From NCBI GenBank assembly GCA_038496445.1, contig JALMLS010000013.1:124001-188000 (forward strand): a stretch of 64,000 nucleotides of DNA, in the 5' to 3' direction. Source of the DNA: Trichosphaerium sp. ATCC 40318. Its lineage: Eukaryota; Protista; Tubulinea. Below the pieces are notes generated by a model that did not search any database, had not been told where the DNA came from, and was given only the letters and a program-made list of their open reading frames with translations. Below, one piece after another: positions 35,599 through 48,877 of the stretch; the stretch's first letter is position 1, and each line of letters opens with the position of its first letter. The position numbers were made by a program, and so were the translations under genes.

Positions 35599-37990
35599 CT
35601 AAATATAAATACAATACCATGCCAACCACAAATACATTACATGCATTATATAGAACCCAGCATGATACCCACTACTAGTACATCCATTTATACGGAAGTT
35701 CACTAACGTTACATAATTACCCGCCGTAACTTTCTCTTGTTGATCAACACAATGAACTGACTGTGTCAACGTTTCAAGTGAACGTCTCTCTTGGCAGATT
35801 TTTTGAACAACAGTGACAAGACTCTCCTACACGAACAAAAACAATAAGTAAAAACAAAAGTAAAAAAAGAATCACGTGATTTTTTTTTCTTTTCACAGAC
35901 AAGAAACAAAGAAAAACATGGAGAAAAAAAGATTCGGAGTGGGAACATGTGCTTACCGTAGTTCGATTTCTAAGGTCTATAACTATATCACCTTCAACAC
36001 ATCCTTGCACTGTAAAGGTTACTTCGTCACTTTGAACAAAAAGTACAACACCCTCGGGAATAGTTATATTATCTAGACAAAAAGGTTAGCGCCATTATCA
36101 ATGTGCTTCATGTACTTACTCAAGATTGTAATGGGTGAAAGCAAGGGTACAATATTGTTTTGTATAGGTAAAAGTGTCGTTTCTATAGTTGTTACTTCAT
36201 TAGTCGGAGCAATGGTAGGAGCATTGGTAGGCACAACAGTCGGCTCTATTGACGGTACTGCCGCAGGTGCTACAGTAGGTGCCAATGACGGAGCCGCAGT
36301 TGTTGGAGCCATTGTAGGCATTTCCGTTGTTGGTGACAACGTCGGTGAGCTTGTTGGGTTTACTGTTGGCGTCACTGTCGTTGGTATTGCAATCGGCGAT
36401 GCTGTTGTAGGTGGTGCGGTCGTAGGCGGTATTGTAGTAGGCGATGCTGTTGTAGGCGGTGTTGTCGTAGGCGCGACTGTTGGCGGTGATGTAGGCGTAC
36501 TATAAGGTTCATATTCGCATAGCGGGAATATATCCAAGCTGCCAGTATAATGGCAATTAACATCTAACCAACCAAAGCCAATAGGCCAGCTTAATTGAAA
36601 TAAATAAAAAAAAATCGTATAATCTCATAAAGCTCTTATGCGCACATTGCAACGCAATCTTCTGTTCTTATTCCTTGAGATGAATTTTGTGGCTCTCCTG
36701 TACCCCATGGATCTACTTGTAATGTACTTCCGTAACCACCACTGAACGTCTCACCAGAAAACGCCTTACACAAAAGTTAATAAGAACTTAAAACGATGAT
36801 TAGATTGTAGTTTCTAGCTCAACATACCCATTCGAAATCGAGGTGTCTCACAAGCACTGGGTCATATGGATTACCGTTACTTGATAAACCAGTCCACATA
36901 GCTCCAGCAGTTCCTGTAACTACACTTTCTATAAAAGTTTGTTCTTCTGCAGATGTAAGTGTTGCTAGGTATCCTCCTCTTGTTATGCACTCTGCTTGAG
37001 CATCAAGATATGTTTCATGATGTATTTCGATCAATTCGTAACAATGACCTAAGTTATGTAAGTAAGTAAAACGAACCAACAAGGGCAAGTAAGAGAACAA
37101 CCAAGAACCGCAAAAAAGTCACACAAAAATCTTTTTTTTGTCCCGAAATTTTTTTTATAAATTTAGAATAAACCTTTTCAGGGTTTTCTCTCCTTTTTTG
37201 GTAAGCAGGGTACCATTTGTGTGATTGGAACCAGGAGGACAAGGATCTGGTACTACATCAGGAATACATTCATCAACTCCACCAAGTGCAGGAGACTCAC
37301 AAATAAAGACTGTACCATTACAATCTCGTAACAGAATCTTCAAAAAAAAATGACGTCAGTGCACGACTGGAACACTTTTTTTTGGCGTTGATATAACAAA
37401 AAAACGTACCCCATTCACTAACGTTGCGCAGTTACCAGTAAAGTTACTAGATCCAGAAGCAACACTGAAAGGAAATAGACTTGTTTGCATAGGTTCATTC
37501 GTAGCTAACCACGTATGGTTTGCACCGCTACCGCTTACTTGTAGGCGTATATCCTAAAGAAAACAATAGATTAGCGAGTGTAGTTTAAGGATAACAGTAT
37601 GTATGCTACATAGAAGCGGTTTTTTGCTCTAAAACGCCAAGTGTTGATCACTTTAATGCTATTTTGGTTTCTAGCTTATTTACAACAAACGTACACTGCC
37701 ATTCGCGAATAAATACATAATAGATCCTTCTACGAGCATTGTTTCAATAGCTAGTGGCTGTTTTCCTACAAGTTGTTACGATATTCCCCAAAGGGGTTGT
37801 ATAACGTACCAGCAGTTGTGCACTCGTTTTCCCAGCCTCCTGGATAGTCTACGTCTGGATTGTCGTACAAGTCATACCGACTTCCTTGCCACTCGCAAGT
37901 CTTTACTAGAACGCAATGTACCTGAGAGGCTAAAATAAAGCCAAACAGGAACAATATAGAGCATCGACCATTAAAATGCTGGAAGGTCAT
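35599..37990 (-). CDS. Secreted, probably GPI-anchored C-type lectin / mucin-like protein, multi-exon
   Basis: Signal peptide, then C-type lectin motifs (GHCYELI...AQAECITRGGYLATLTSAEEQTFI; WGTGEPQN...EDCVAM; CE), a PT-rich stalk, and an ending GCTSSG + hydrophobic tail. Confidence 0.75.
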
Positions 37991-38443
37991 TTTTTTAGCG
38001 CTCAGAACGAGTGACTACGTTTTTAAAACGTTGTTGAGGTGAACAGTGCAATATCAGAAAAAGTGCGTTGAAATACTTTGAAGTGTTGTCGTTATTCCTA
38101 AAATGCTTTTTCTCCGTCATACTAACAGTGCAAATATGGATAACGCTGTATGAGAATGTATGTTGTATTTTTTTTGTAAATTTCGCTTTACGCCAACGCT
38201 CGCACTTGAAAGTAGTTCCAGTCGCGTTGAATACACTGTTTGAATACACCTAACTCCTTAGATTGGTACACCCCGAAAAGTACATCTAGACAACTTTGTC
38301 CAATAACAACCTTACCAACATATCACTGCTGTACGACTAGAGCTATGTGCACTACGGTTAAAAAAAATGTAAAGCTGCTTAGTTTTTTTTGTCTATTTTT
38401 ACGATTTTGTTTAAAGTCGTTGTACAAGAGGTCTATGGTTTTT

Positions 38444-39900
38444 TTATTTGAAATTATAGTCAGGTATAGTACAAAGAGCCTTCCTAAACCATCTATGGCT
38501 ACAGCGTAATTCCAAAAAAGGATGCTAAAACAGTAAGAAATTTTGGTTTTTTTAGAATTTATGTACCTTTAGCAAAACTTCCTCTGTTGGCCTTTCGTTG
38601 TAGTCCATAGTCAAGCAAGCTTTAACAAATGACTGACAGTCTTTTGAAAATGACTGAGGGGTATCTAGGACTAGTCCACGACTACAAATAGAGAAGCAAC
38701 TCTTTACCATTTCTACGGGAGGAATAATCTCTTGCCTGAAAAATAACTAATTAGCCAACAGCCCGAAAAATCATTTGATTTTGAAGCTGATACCCTGGAT
38801 TTTTCTGCTCCAATAAGTTCTTAGCGATGACCCCTGTACTCCATACACCTTGCGTAACTGAATTTCCTTCTTTTTGTAGTACTTCAGGAGCACTATACAT
38901 GTACCTTGAGTCAACAGCTAGAAGCGAAAGTACTGGTGCTATGGAATGTTGAGTTTTTCGTAAAACCATTTATGTAGCACGTACCTAGAACAAGTCTGTC
39001 TCGTTTTATATATAAATCTGCGATGGTACATACTGAAACGTCAAATTGATGATTTCGAAGTACATTCAAAGCACGTAGAACCTAGAAATAAGGAAAGTCA
39101 AAAAAAAACCACTATTATAGTAGCACGCACAATGTGACAAATATAACTTGTGATGCGCTCTGTAGAAATCACTGAAGGTGCTGTAGGCATCATTAATACA
39201 TCATATAGGCTCTATTACATACTATTAATTATGATATGGTTGGAAAGAAGATGAGAAAAAAAAACATACAAGATAAGGTGAAAAAACAAGCGAAATAAAA
39301 TCATCTTCAATGAAACTATCAATAATGCGTTCCAAGTATGGACAATTGGATTTGTAAGCCTTAAGCTCCAACGATAGCTCTTCTTCATCAAGACTTGATA
39401 CATCAAATTTTTTTATAATCACGTGTTTACCATCTTCAACTTTTTCGCTTCTTATCACAATTCCTGTTATTCCTTCGACCTCAACTCCTTTTGTATATCG
39501 CGTATCTGATGCTATACTATTCTTTTTCATATCCTGTAAAACAAAAAAACTTTTAGAAACACACGAAAGGAGCAAAACTCAAAAATTCAAAAATACGAAC
39601 AGGAACAAAATCAAAAGTCGGAAAAACCTTTCCCTCATCACTTTCTTTTTCTATTTGCCTTTGAGCGTTTGTATACGCGATTCCGGGAAGTCCCAAGTGC
39701 ATCAGAACGTTATAGAAGCCTCTACATAATATTTTCGTTTGCTTTATTTGATGAAGGTTTAGCTTCAGCAAAATGGTATCTAAGACGCTGAGAGGTAACG
39801 TATATAGTGAATGCGTTGTATTTGTAGCTGGAAAATTCGTTATCAAGCTGTTATCGCCGCCGCTAATGGTTGTAGTTGCTCCAGAGTGGATGTTGGCCAT
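38444..39900 (-). CDS. F-box-like + protein-kinase-fold (pseudokinase) protein, multi-exon
   Basis: LYTLPLSVLDTILLKL...ILCRGF; VIIKKF; YSAPEV; VWSTGV; FSKDCQSFVKACLTMDYNERPT..LLKHPFL. No HRD or DFG motif was seen. Confidence 0.65.
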
Positions 39901-40758
39901 GTTTCGTCGTTATTATCTTAAATAAGCTGAAATGGGTGTATTTTTATTCCAATCCGGTTTATTTCGATAGTAGCATAGGCACAAGGTGCACGTACTACAA
40001 ATTAATTATTTGTTTTGAGTTTAAGTCAGGTTTATGACGTTATCCGCGTCATTGACTAGCATTTGTACTACGGTTGTGTTTGTAGACAAGAGGGAACAAT
40101 AAAAGTGGCGTACACATATTTCTAATTAACAGCGTTCTTTGCTATCGGTGAGCTTTTGTATATATACTAGTGATAGTGATGGATCTGTTGCAATAAGTTT
40201 TATCAAAAAGTATCGCAGACAGTAGTTTTTGCTCAAAACAATTGTTGCTTCTCAGATTTTTCTGTTGAAAATAAACGTATGGCGAAATAAGTGGTTACCA
40301 AGAGGTTGAAAGTATATTGCAACAATTTTCTTTTACAATATGGGAATAACTGACCATGACACTGTCAAGCGCTTGGATTAAGTTCAGCGTGTACAATCGT
40401 TCATGTGCCAATGAATTTGCGGGTGTCATGATTTTCTGCCGATGGTACTTTTCTATTTTGTTATTGAGGGTTGGTAGTTCTCAAACTCTGATGATGTGAG
40501 GTATCATTTAGAAAACTAGGTGTTGAAAATGGTGAATGTAATTTTGGGAGAGGTAAGCACTGTGATCCGGTTACATCATTGCTTGGTCACCAAGCAAAAA
40601 AACAGGAGCGTAATACTCTTACTGTGCATGTATGATCTACTTTGACTAATTTTATTACAGTGCTGAACCTGTTTTTTTTTTCCATTTAATGTTTCCGACT
40701 TGTGAGCCCGCTCCATAATAGACCATTGCAAAACAAACTTATTGGTCTCCTTCTATAC

Positions 40759-41973
40759 TTATTTTTCTCCTTGTAGTTCACCGTCAACATAATTAGACCG
40801 TTTCTTCAGGTTGCCATTATCATACCAACTCTTAAGCTCTCCTTCTAGTTTACCATTGAGGTAGTTAGATTGCTGCTTCAACCTTCCATTGTCATACCAT
40901 TTCTTAGACACTCCTTCTTGCTTATCATTAATGAAGTGGCTATGCGCTTTTAATTGTCCACTCATATACCATTCTTTGAGCTCTCCATCAGCCATGCCGT
41001 TAGTATAGTTAAAGCTCACGTGCAATTGTCCATTTTTATACCATTTTTTGTACTCTCCCTCAAGTTTACCGTTCGCGTAATTACTTTGCATTTCTAATAC
41101 TCCATTGTCATTCCATAGTGTATGCACTCCTTCTGCTTTACCATTAACATAATTATTCTGCATGAACAATTGTCCACTCATGTACCAATCATTGTACTCT
41201 CCTTCAAGTTTACCATTCACGTAATTTTCTTGCTTCCACAACTGTCCATTGGAGTGGTATGTTTTCCGCTGCCCTTCAGGTTTTCCATTATTATAATTAC
41301 AATGTGTGAGTAGTTTTCCACTGTCATTCCATCGTGTATACTCTCCATGAAGTACACGGTTTACATAATTACAACACCTTTCCAACTTTCCATTGGGATG
41401 CCAAAAACGTTCTTCTCCTTCAATGTTGCCGTTTACACAATGGTATTGTCTTCGTATGTTACTGTTCTCATACCATTCCTTGTACTCGCCATGTTGCTTT
41501 CCATCAATGTAATAACTGTTTTCTTTGAGTTGTCCATTTTGATGCCAACACTTATACTCTCCTTGTAGTTTACCATCTAAATAATAACAGTGTTCCTTTA
41601 ATTTGTCCTTACTGAACCACTCCTTTTTCTCTCCATCTCGTCTACCATGTTTCCAATATTGCTTTTGATAAAGGAACACTCTAGGTTCTGAGGTAGTAGT
41701 AATGTCTTTTTGTTTACTTTCCTTAAACTTGAGCCATTTACCGTGTTTCTTAAAATCAACATCAAATCTCGTGGTCAAAGCTGTTTGCTTTGATAACATT
41801 GACCACTTTATGTAAACTTCATAATCTAAATCAATAATATCAAGTTTAATCTCAGCTGGGAGGTGGTGTATTAGGTAGCTACCCTAATGCGTTGTGTTAA
41901 TCTAAATTACTGGCTTTTTAAAGACTGAAGACGTAAAAGTCTGTTTTACCTGGTTTGATGGCGAAGACTTCAT
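40759..41973 (-). CDS. F-box-like + MORN-variant repeat protein, one 5' intron (41884-41949)
   Basis: MKSSPSNQ|GSYLIHHLPAEIKLDIIDLDYEVYIKWSMLSKQ joins ORF 40759-41799, which has about 12 24-aa repeats. Confidence 0.85.
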
Positions 41974-44912
41974 AGTAACGTGCTGCGATTTACCCTTGTA
42001 ACTTTTATTTTATTGACGCAATAACAAGCTTGACCAAAATGTAATGACGTGATAATACTACACAGTTTCTCATGCATTACAGAAAGCTACGAAGGTAGAG
42101 GTGTTTTGTTGTATAAAAAAAACCAACACGTGATTTGATTTTTCCTGATTTAAGCTTGCCAATTGAACCTACACGTGGCTGCTTATTGCTATATGCCGGT
42201 TTTGGAACCAAATTCAAGCTCTTAACGAACTCTACACCATCTAAGAGACCGGATGTCTACACAAGAAAACCAAGTATGATCCTGTAGATTTTGTTTGGAA
42301 CCTTTATCATCACCAGAACTAAATTTCTGTTTTTTTTTCTTGTTTTTTTTTACACTACCACATTCTGGCTAAACATTTTCTTACACTGATAAGGTGTTGA
42401 GCTTTTAGTTTTCGTATTATCTTCATCATCCTTTATCTGACCATACCTGCTCTAAGTTGTACAAGAGTAGAGCCTGCAACAAGTTGGTAAAAAAAACAGT
42501 CCTCAGTAGAGTTATAACACTAATACTACTCTCTTCTAACAACTAACCAAGGACTCAACTTTAGATGATGTTGGGAGGAAGACAAAATGTCTTGTGGCTC
42601 TATAGCAGCGCCAAGCATTTGTTATCTATTATAATACAAGAAACACTCGGAAAATAAAAGAAAGTTGTACAGTATTTTAAAACAAATTGAAAGGAAATTT
42701 TTGGGTGGGATGTGGGTGATTGCTGCTCGCCATGTTCTGAATACACGTTGTAGGCGTTTGTAGTTGATTTATGTTAGTCATACCAAGTCTTACGCAAACG
42801 TCTGTAACGGAGAAAACACGTGTACAGCCATTCCGAAAACACATCTACTTTTTTACCCTTTTACCTTTCGAAACCTCAACCTTTATCAGCTTCATCTACA
42901 TTCATAATAATAAACCAAAGTCATGTATTAGCTTTATTTTTAAACACTTGTACGTTGTTAATCCACTACAAGAGTGAATGTTACCCAGATAATTCTTGGT
43001 TGCAGCGTAAGTTTACCATTGCAATCACTTGGCTTTCTTCTTCTACATCTCTTACACTTACAATTACCTCTATCAAGTCTATCTCCAGCACATACACCGC
43101 GGTTGTCGTTTGAGTCGTATTTGTAGTCGGAGTACCATTGCCGTTGGTGCCTGGGAGAGGACAACTTCCCCAGCGCTCAACACAGTATTTGTTTCGGTTA
43201 AAAGCATGAACCTTTACGTAGCTACTCTGCTCGTAATCATTGCAGCCTGTACCAGCTCCTCATGGGGGGCTCATGTGCTTTCGACTGGGGTTTTCGGGTG
43301 TTTGAAGTTCAGAACGGAAACAAATACTGTGTTGATGTACGGTTAATAAGAAGGTATAAAGCACGTTTGATGAATATGTTGTGGCTCCAAATTATTGGCT
43401 TAAGCGTTGTGATACGGTTAACACGGTATATCACGATGATATAGAGCTGTTAATCAAAGGCAAGGGCGGTCATTTGACTGAAAGTTAAAGTCACATAACG
43501 TTTGTTCCAAAGAGTTTTTCCGAAGTTTTCCCGATGACTACACATATTTCACGGAGTTATATTTTCTAGCACTTCTAGCAGAGCTGACACATTTTGTTCG
43601 AATAGCTCCATCACAATGTGAGCAAAGTTTCACTTTAAGCATGTGACAACCTTTTTCGTTTTTAATACTCTTCTGTTTGACGCTCTTATTTTAAACAAAT
43701 ACAACGAGAAGCTTTACATTAGCGAGAAAGTCTTCAAGTTTAGTTTCTCTTAAATACCACAATCTAATAGTGTTTTTTTTAGACACTAGATTCAGTGGTT
43801 GTAACTCTGAGAAGGAACTGTACATGCGCATTTTATCAAACGCTAGCCAAACAGTAATAACTGAGGCTATATGATTGCTCTAGTACTGTGTTACCAACAA
43901 ATAGCATTATTGCTCATTCCCAGTGAACGACTTTGTTAGTGTCCCTAACATTTGCTCCTTCTACATTCCCGCCAACTTTGTCACCTGATGCTCCAATCCC
44001 TGACCTACCACCTTTGTCACTTACCTAGGATATGATACAATAGTTAGTGGCACAATTACTAAAAATGATAATAGGAGATGAGTCTAACAATAGAATATGG
44101 TACTAACAATATCACTTTTGATTCAGCGGATACCTTCAGCATTTGTTCCAACTGTTTTCAATGGACCAAGGAATGAATACTATCCAGCAACCGAGAATGG
44201 CCCTACAGAGTTTAAGTTTGATAAGAAGGTGTAATTTACTCATGGCAACTTGGGTCAGGAATTGTCGAGTGCCAGTGAAGTGTAACAAATGGTACAACAA
44301 TTTTTTGATTGAGAAAAGAGAAACCGTTGCTTTTACTATTACAGTGGCGGAATCATATTCAAACAGCTTATCAGTCAATGTTACAGCTACACTAGCAAAT
44401 ACTAAGCGACAAGCTAATACTCAAGTTGACATGAGAGTTGTAGGCATGTGCTTTTTTCTGGTTGTACAAACATGTCTTTAACATCCTCCAAACTTTTGAT
44501 GATAATGCAGCTTCTATCGTAGCTTCATATTTAAGCGATCATGCAGCTATTCAAATGACTAAAGATTCGTTTACAATGACGGTAATTGTTTGTTGCTCCT
44601 TCCTTAAGTGATCGTTTCTTACCTGATTGTAGACTTTCAGTGTTGTTAAACCATCAACTGTTACTGAAGGAAACGATAAAGTAGTCCCAACTGCTCCTAC
44701 TGCTACTTCTGATAGCGTACAATCTATTAACATTTTCAAAGCTGTTTTCCTTGCTCTTGTGTATTGATCGAAAAGTATTTATTAAAATAAAATAGACTGA
44801 AATAAACCCACTCATTCGTAGTTGTTGTTAATGTAATATCAGCACAAGGTAATTACATCTCGCAGTACAAGGCTAAATATTCTTGGAATTTTCTGATTTC
44901 ATTTGTTGCATT

Positions 44913-45497
44913 TCAACAGTTAAAAAGACACTCCTGCTCTTCTGTGGTTTCTATGATTTTAACATTGCTCATATGGAATGGATGAATAGATTCGTCTGTG
45001 ATGTTGATACACCATAGCACACAAACATATATATGTACTTTAAATGTTTTGCAAGCATCATAATTCCAGAGTCTGTGATTAATGGGCAAAAAAACAATAC
45101 AATGTGAGCTACGCCTTGAACATACTTCAATCCTTCGTCTGTTATCTGATTGGCATGATAGAGTTCCAGTTTGCGAACACCAGACAGAGAAGCAAGGTCA
45201 CTATCTTTTGCATCATGAAATTCTCTTGTTATTTCTATTGTGGTGTTTTTGAGAAGAGGACTTCCTGAAAGACGATAACAACTTGAAGCTGAGTTAACAT
45301 ATATTCGCTCATAGCCAACGTGATGGTGAATGATATCAGAAAGTCGTTTACAGCTTTGAGAAACAGGGTATCGAGATTTAGCGTCCACAAACTCAAGTGT
45401 GTAAACGATTATCTCTGGGGATGTCTAAAAGCTCAATAAGGTTTGGTTTGTATTCAAATCGTTCGTGTGAAGCTTCAGCCTTTGTTCTTCGCTCCAT
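44913..45497 (-). pseudogene. Chimeric, repeat-deleted copy of the 17720 F-box/LRR gene
   Basis: 45698 to about 45028 is nearly identical to 17536 to about 18207 (with a 2-bp deletion near 45418). It then jumps to a diverged C-terminus CVLWCINITDESIHPFHMSNVKII...LFNC*. Confidence 0.85.
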
Positions 45498-45807
45498 TAC
45501 GCCTAGAAACATTTATTAACTTGCTAAACAGTTTATTTGTGGCTTTTCAAGCGATTACTTGTTTATACTTACTTAAGTGTGCTTTAAACTCTTGTACAAG
45601 AATAAACAAGAGTAGATACAGGCTCTAATACTGTGGTTGTATTGTACTATATTTTTTCTTGGTTAATGCTTACTCCTGAAGACCAAATCCGAAAATCCTT
45701 TGTTAAAAAAACCAGCCAGGAATTTTGTTGAAATACTGTTAGCTTGGTTGACTCTTTGCGTGGCAACATAAATCGTACTATAAGCGCAAATACATCCACT
45801 GCGCAAT

Positions 45808-46761
45808 ATGCAGCAAAAAGATACTAACTCTGGCATTTGCCGGCTTTTACTTCTTCCAGTGGAGATACAGCTTGATATCATAGATCTAGACTACACATTG
45901 TACATAAACTGGCCATTATTGGCAAAAAAAGCGGCTACAGCAACGAGGTTTGATGGAGACTTAAAGAAACATGGGAAGTGGCTCCAAAGGCAAATAAAAG
46001 AGGATTCTGATCCTGACGAAAAAAAAATCACGTGCCAAGAGTGGTGGAAACACAACCAAAAAAACGGAGAACAAAAAAAGTGGTACGAAAATGGCCAATT
46101 GCGAGAACAGTTGTACTTTGTTGATGGTAACATTGAGGGTAAGTACACTGCTTGGTATAGCAATGGTGAATTGTTTGAGACATTAAACTTTGTTAACAGT
46201 AAACCTGATGGAGAGTACCAAAAGTGGCATGAAAATGGTCAATTATTTGAACAGTGTCTTTTCGTTGATGGAAAGGAAGAAGGTGATCACAAGTGGTGGC
46301 ATAAAAATGGTACTTTAGGTGAGCATGTTTACCAAGCCAATGGCTTAATTGAAGGAGAACGTAAAACATGGCATCAAAATGGTTCATTGAAGATAAGGGA
46401 ACAGTATGTTAAAAACAAAAAAGAAGGAAAGTCAAAGAGATGGTGTTCAAAAGGAACGCTACAGTATTGTGGTAACTACGCCAATGGTGTACGAGAAGGA
46501 GGATCCATATGGTACTTCAACAATGGCCATTTCAAAGAGCACCAGTATTTTGTCAATGACAAGCTTCATGGAGAATACAAAAGATGGCATATTGATGGTC
46601 AATTAATGAAACATTGTTACTATGTTAATGGTACTCTTGATGGAGAGTATAATGAATGGTATGGTGATGGTAAACCGAAAGATAGTTGTTTTTATGTGGG
46701 AGGTAGAAGGCAAACAAAGTTATTCAGAATGCTTCAAACACTTAATCCTTTTTCCAAGTGA
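45808..46761 (+). CDS. F-box-like + MORN-variant repeat protein, intronless
   Basis: LLLPVEIQLDIIDLDYTLYINWPLL followed by about 9-10 24-aa repeats. Confidence 0.85.
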   Translation: MQQKDTNSGICRLLLLPVEIQLDIIDLDYTLYINWPLLAKKAATATRFDGDLKKHGKWLQRQIKEDSDPDEKKITCQEWWKHNQKNGEQKKWYENGQLREQLYFVDGNIEGKYTAWYSNGELFETLNFVNSKPDGEYQKWHENGQLFEQCLFVDGKEEGDHKWWHKNGTLGEHVYQANGLIEGERKTWHQNGSLKIREQYVKNKKEGKSKRWCSKGTLQYCGNYANGVREGGSIWYFNNGHFKEHQYFVNDKLHGEYKRWHIDGQLMKHCYYVNGTLDGEYNEWYGDGKPKDSCFYVGGRRQTKLFRMLQTLNPFSK

Positions 46762-47402
46762 GCTTAAGAAATACTTGTAGCTACAATAATAAAACAGTTT
46801 AGAGTCAATTATACTCGTACTGAAGATTTAAACCGTTCTAACTTAGTGTTTCTTACAACCCGCTTGTTGCAAGACAAAATCAAGTATTGTCTGAAGTGGT
46901 AGAACTGCTGCAAAACTAAACCAAAAACTTGGGATTTAATGGCTCACGTGCATACCAAACTGCCGTGAATCTGTAATTGTCCTTCATTGTCAGTAGCAAT
47001 GTAAGGCAGATATCTATTGATTAAGCCTTACTCACTGTATTTGCATAAAGTACTTCTAAGCCTATACCAGTATTTCATGTAGTCAACTACTGCCAACATG
47101 AAATAAATTGAGTCTAGCAAATAGGATTCCCGCGTACCCAGATACAGGGTGATACGATGTATGTCAAGAAGTTGTTGTTACTGTGATGGTCCGCTTGCTG
47201 TGAACGATTGAAGATTACCCAGTGTCATTTGTTTTGTAGACAGATAGGTGGTTCTTCGTCATCAACTTGTTGTAAATGCACATATATTAATAAAATGCAA
47301 TTTGTAATCGTTTTTGTTGAAATTCTATTTTTAACAACAATTATTTCTAGTGTAGTCAAGTACAACAATAACGGCAATTTTTACTTACCAGGAAGCACTA
47401 GG

Positions 47403-47819
47403 ATGACTACTTACAAGGTATCAATTATTGGCGCCAGTGGTGTCGGTAAATCAACACTTAGGGGCAGCATCGCTTTTGAGACAGTTTCGAAAATTACAAC
47501 ATTTTTGATTTTTGATGTTTACGGCATTTCGAGAATCTTTGAGACGTTTTTACTCACCTCAGAACCGTCTTAACCAAAAATTGCTTATTATCAACATTTA
47601 GCTAGTATTCTATACTTATAGGGTTTAAAACCATTTTGCGATTCGTTAGTGCTGTGCGGAGGAAAAGTACCGACAGTCAAAGCAATTTTTTTCAAAACAA
47701 ACTTTTTCAAAAATTTCGGAATTTCTGAAACTGTCTCAAAAGCGATGCTGCCCCTTAAGATACAAGTTGCTGAAAACCGCTTTGTTGAAGAATACGACCC
47801 TACCATAGAAGCGTCGTAA
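47403..47819 (+). pseudogene. Ras-family GTPase first-exon fragment split by a MITE
   Basis: Removing the MITE gives [39 protein letters not shown] (G1 motif + effector loop). No downstream DTAGQE exon was found. Confidence 0.75.
47461..47754. mobile_element. 294-bp MITE, PIF/Harbinger (Tourist-like)
   Basis: Perfect 28-bp TIRs GGGGCAGCATCGCTTTTGAGACAGTTTC (47461-47488 and 47727-47754) and a TTA TSD at 47458-47460 and 47755-47757. Confidence 0.9.
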
Positions 47820-48877
47820 TCTTTTCAATCAATTAACAACACTTTTATGCACTTTGGGCCAGCACAGTTTTTGCACAAAGCTTACAATTTGTAAAAATTG
47901 TAGAAATTCGCAAAATGGCAATTTGCTACTTTTACTGCATTTTATGGAATCTTTACAATGCTATTTCTCACCACTGCAATCATTGTTGTACTTTTGATTG
48001 TACCTCATAGTATACAATATACTATAGAGTACTGTGAAGTAGTGAGAAATTATTTCGTTAATTCAGTGGTGAGAAAAGGTATTGCCAGTGCTGGCATACA
48101 TATTGGTGTACTAAGTGAACACGTCAAAGAATGTACCATTGTTGGTAAACTATTGTACTTCGATTGAGTGTCACTGTTTTATGGAAGCGTGTTTACCACA
48201 ACCACACTGTATGTTCTCTTTCCGGATTTACGATTGATATTGAAGTACCTCATGCTCTGTTCTTATCTTAAGTGAAGGTAATTACTGTTAAAAGTCACGC
48301 CAAGACAATCGCACTTACACATACTACAGTCCACAAAAGAAACAAGCCAAAAAGACCAACCAGTGTATGGAATATACAAATACAACAGCCTTCAAATGGG
48401 CCCAGCTATACCAAAACAAGTTGGTAAAACAGGTACTTGCATATGGATTCATACCTTGCATTGGTACACTGTATGTACCCTTTTCTATCTTCGTTAAGAG
48501 CTTGAGTTTCATTTTTACTCAGAAGAAGTTCATACTGTTTTCTTATTTTGCTTGTGTAGATGTAAGCGTTGCTATTTCTAACGAATATATCTGACACTAC
48601 TGTGGCAATTCAGTGATATAAAAGCAAACGATGCTAACACAAACAACTGTGGATATATTGATGTAACATGTGGAAGACCAGGAGGAGAGAATCATAAAGG
48701 TTTTGTTGATTTTTGGGAGTAGGAATCAAAAAGGGTTATGCAACTGTAAAAAGTTTGTACACTTCATAAGACAATAGTCAAAGGCAGTGCAAGCTGAAAA
48801 TAAAGTGGTTTATTCTAAAATTGGATGCACTTTATAGTTACTGGCAACATCTCTGCATCCATATTAATGTACTTAAG

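Noticed and set aside
42400-44870. Possible decayed multi-exon secreted or membrane gene on the minus strand
   Set aside because: Exon-like pieces are present, but with many stops and frameshifts and no recognisable domain, so no model can be supported.
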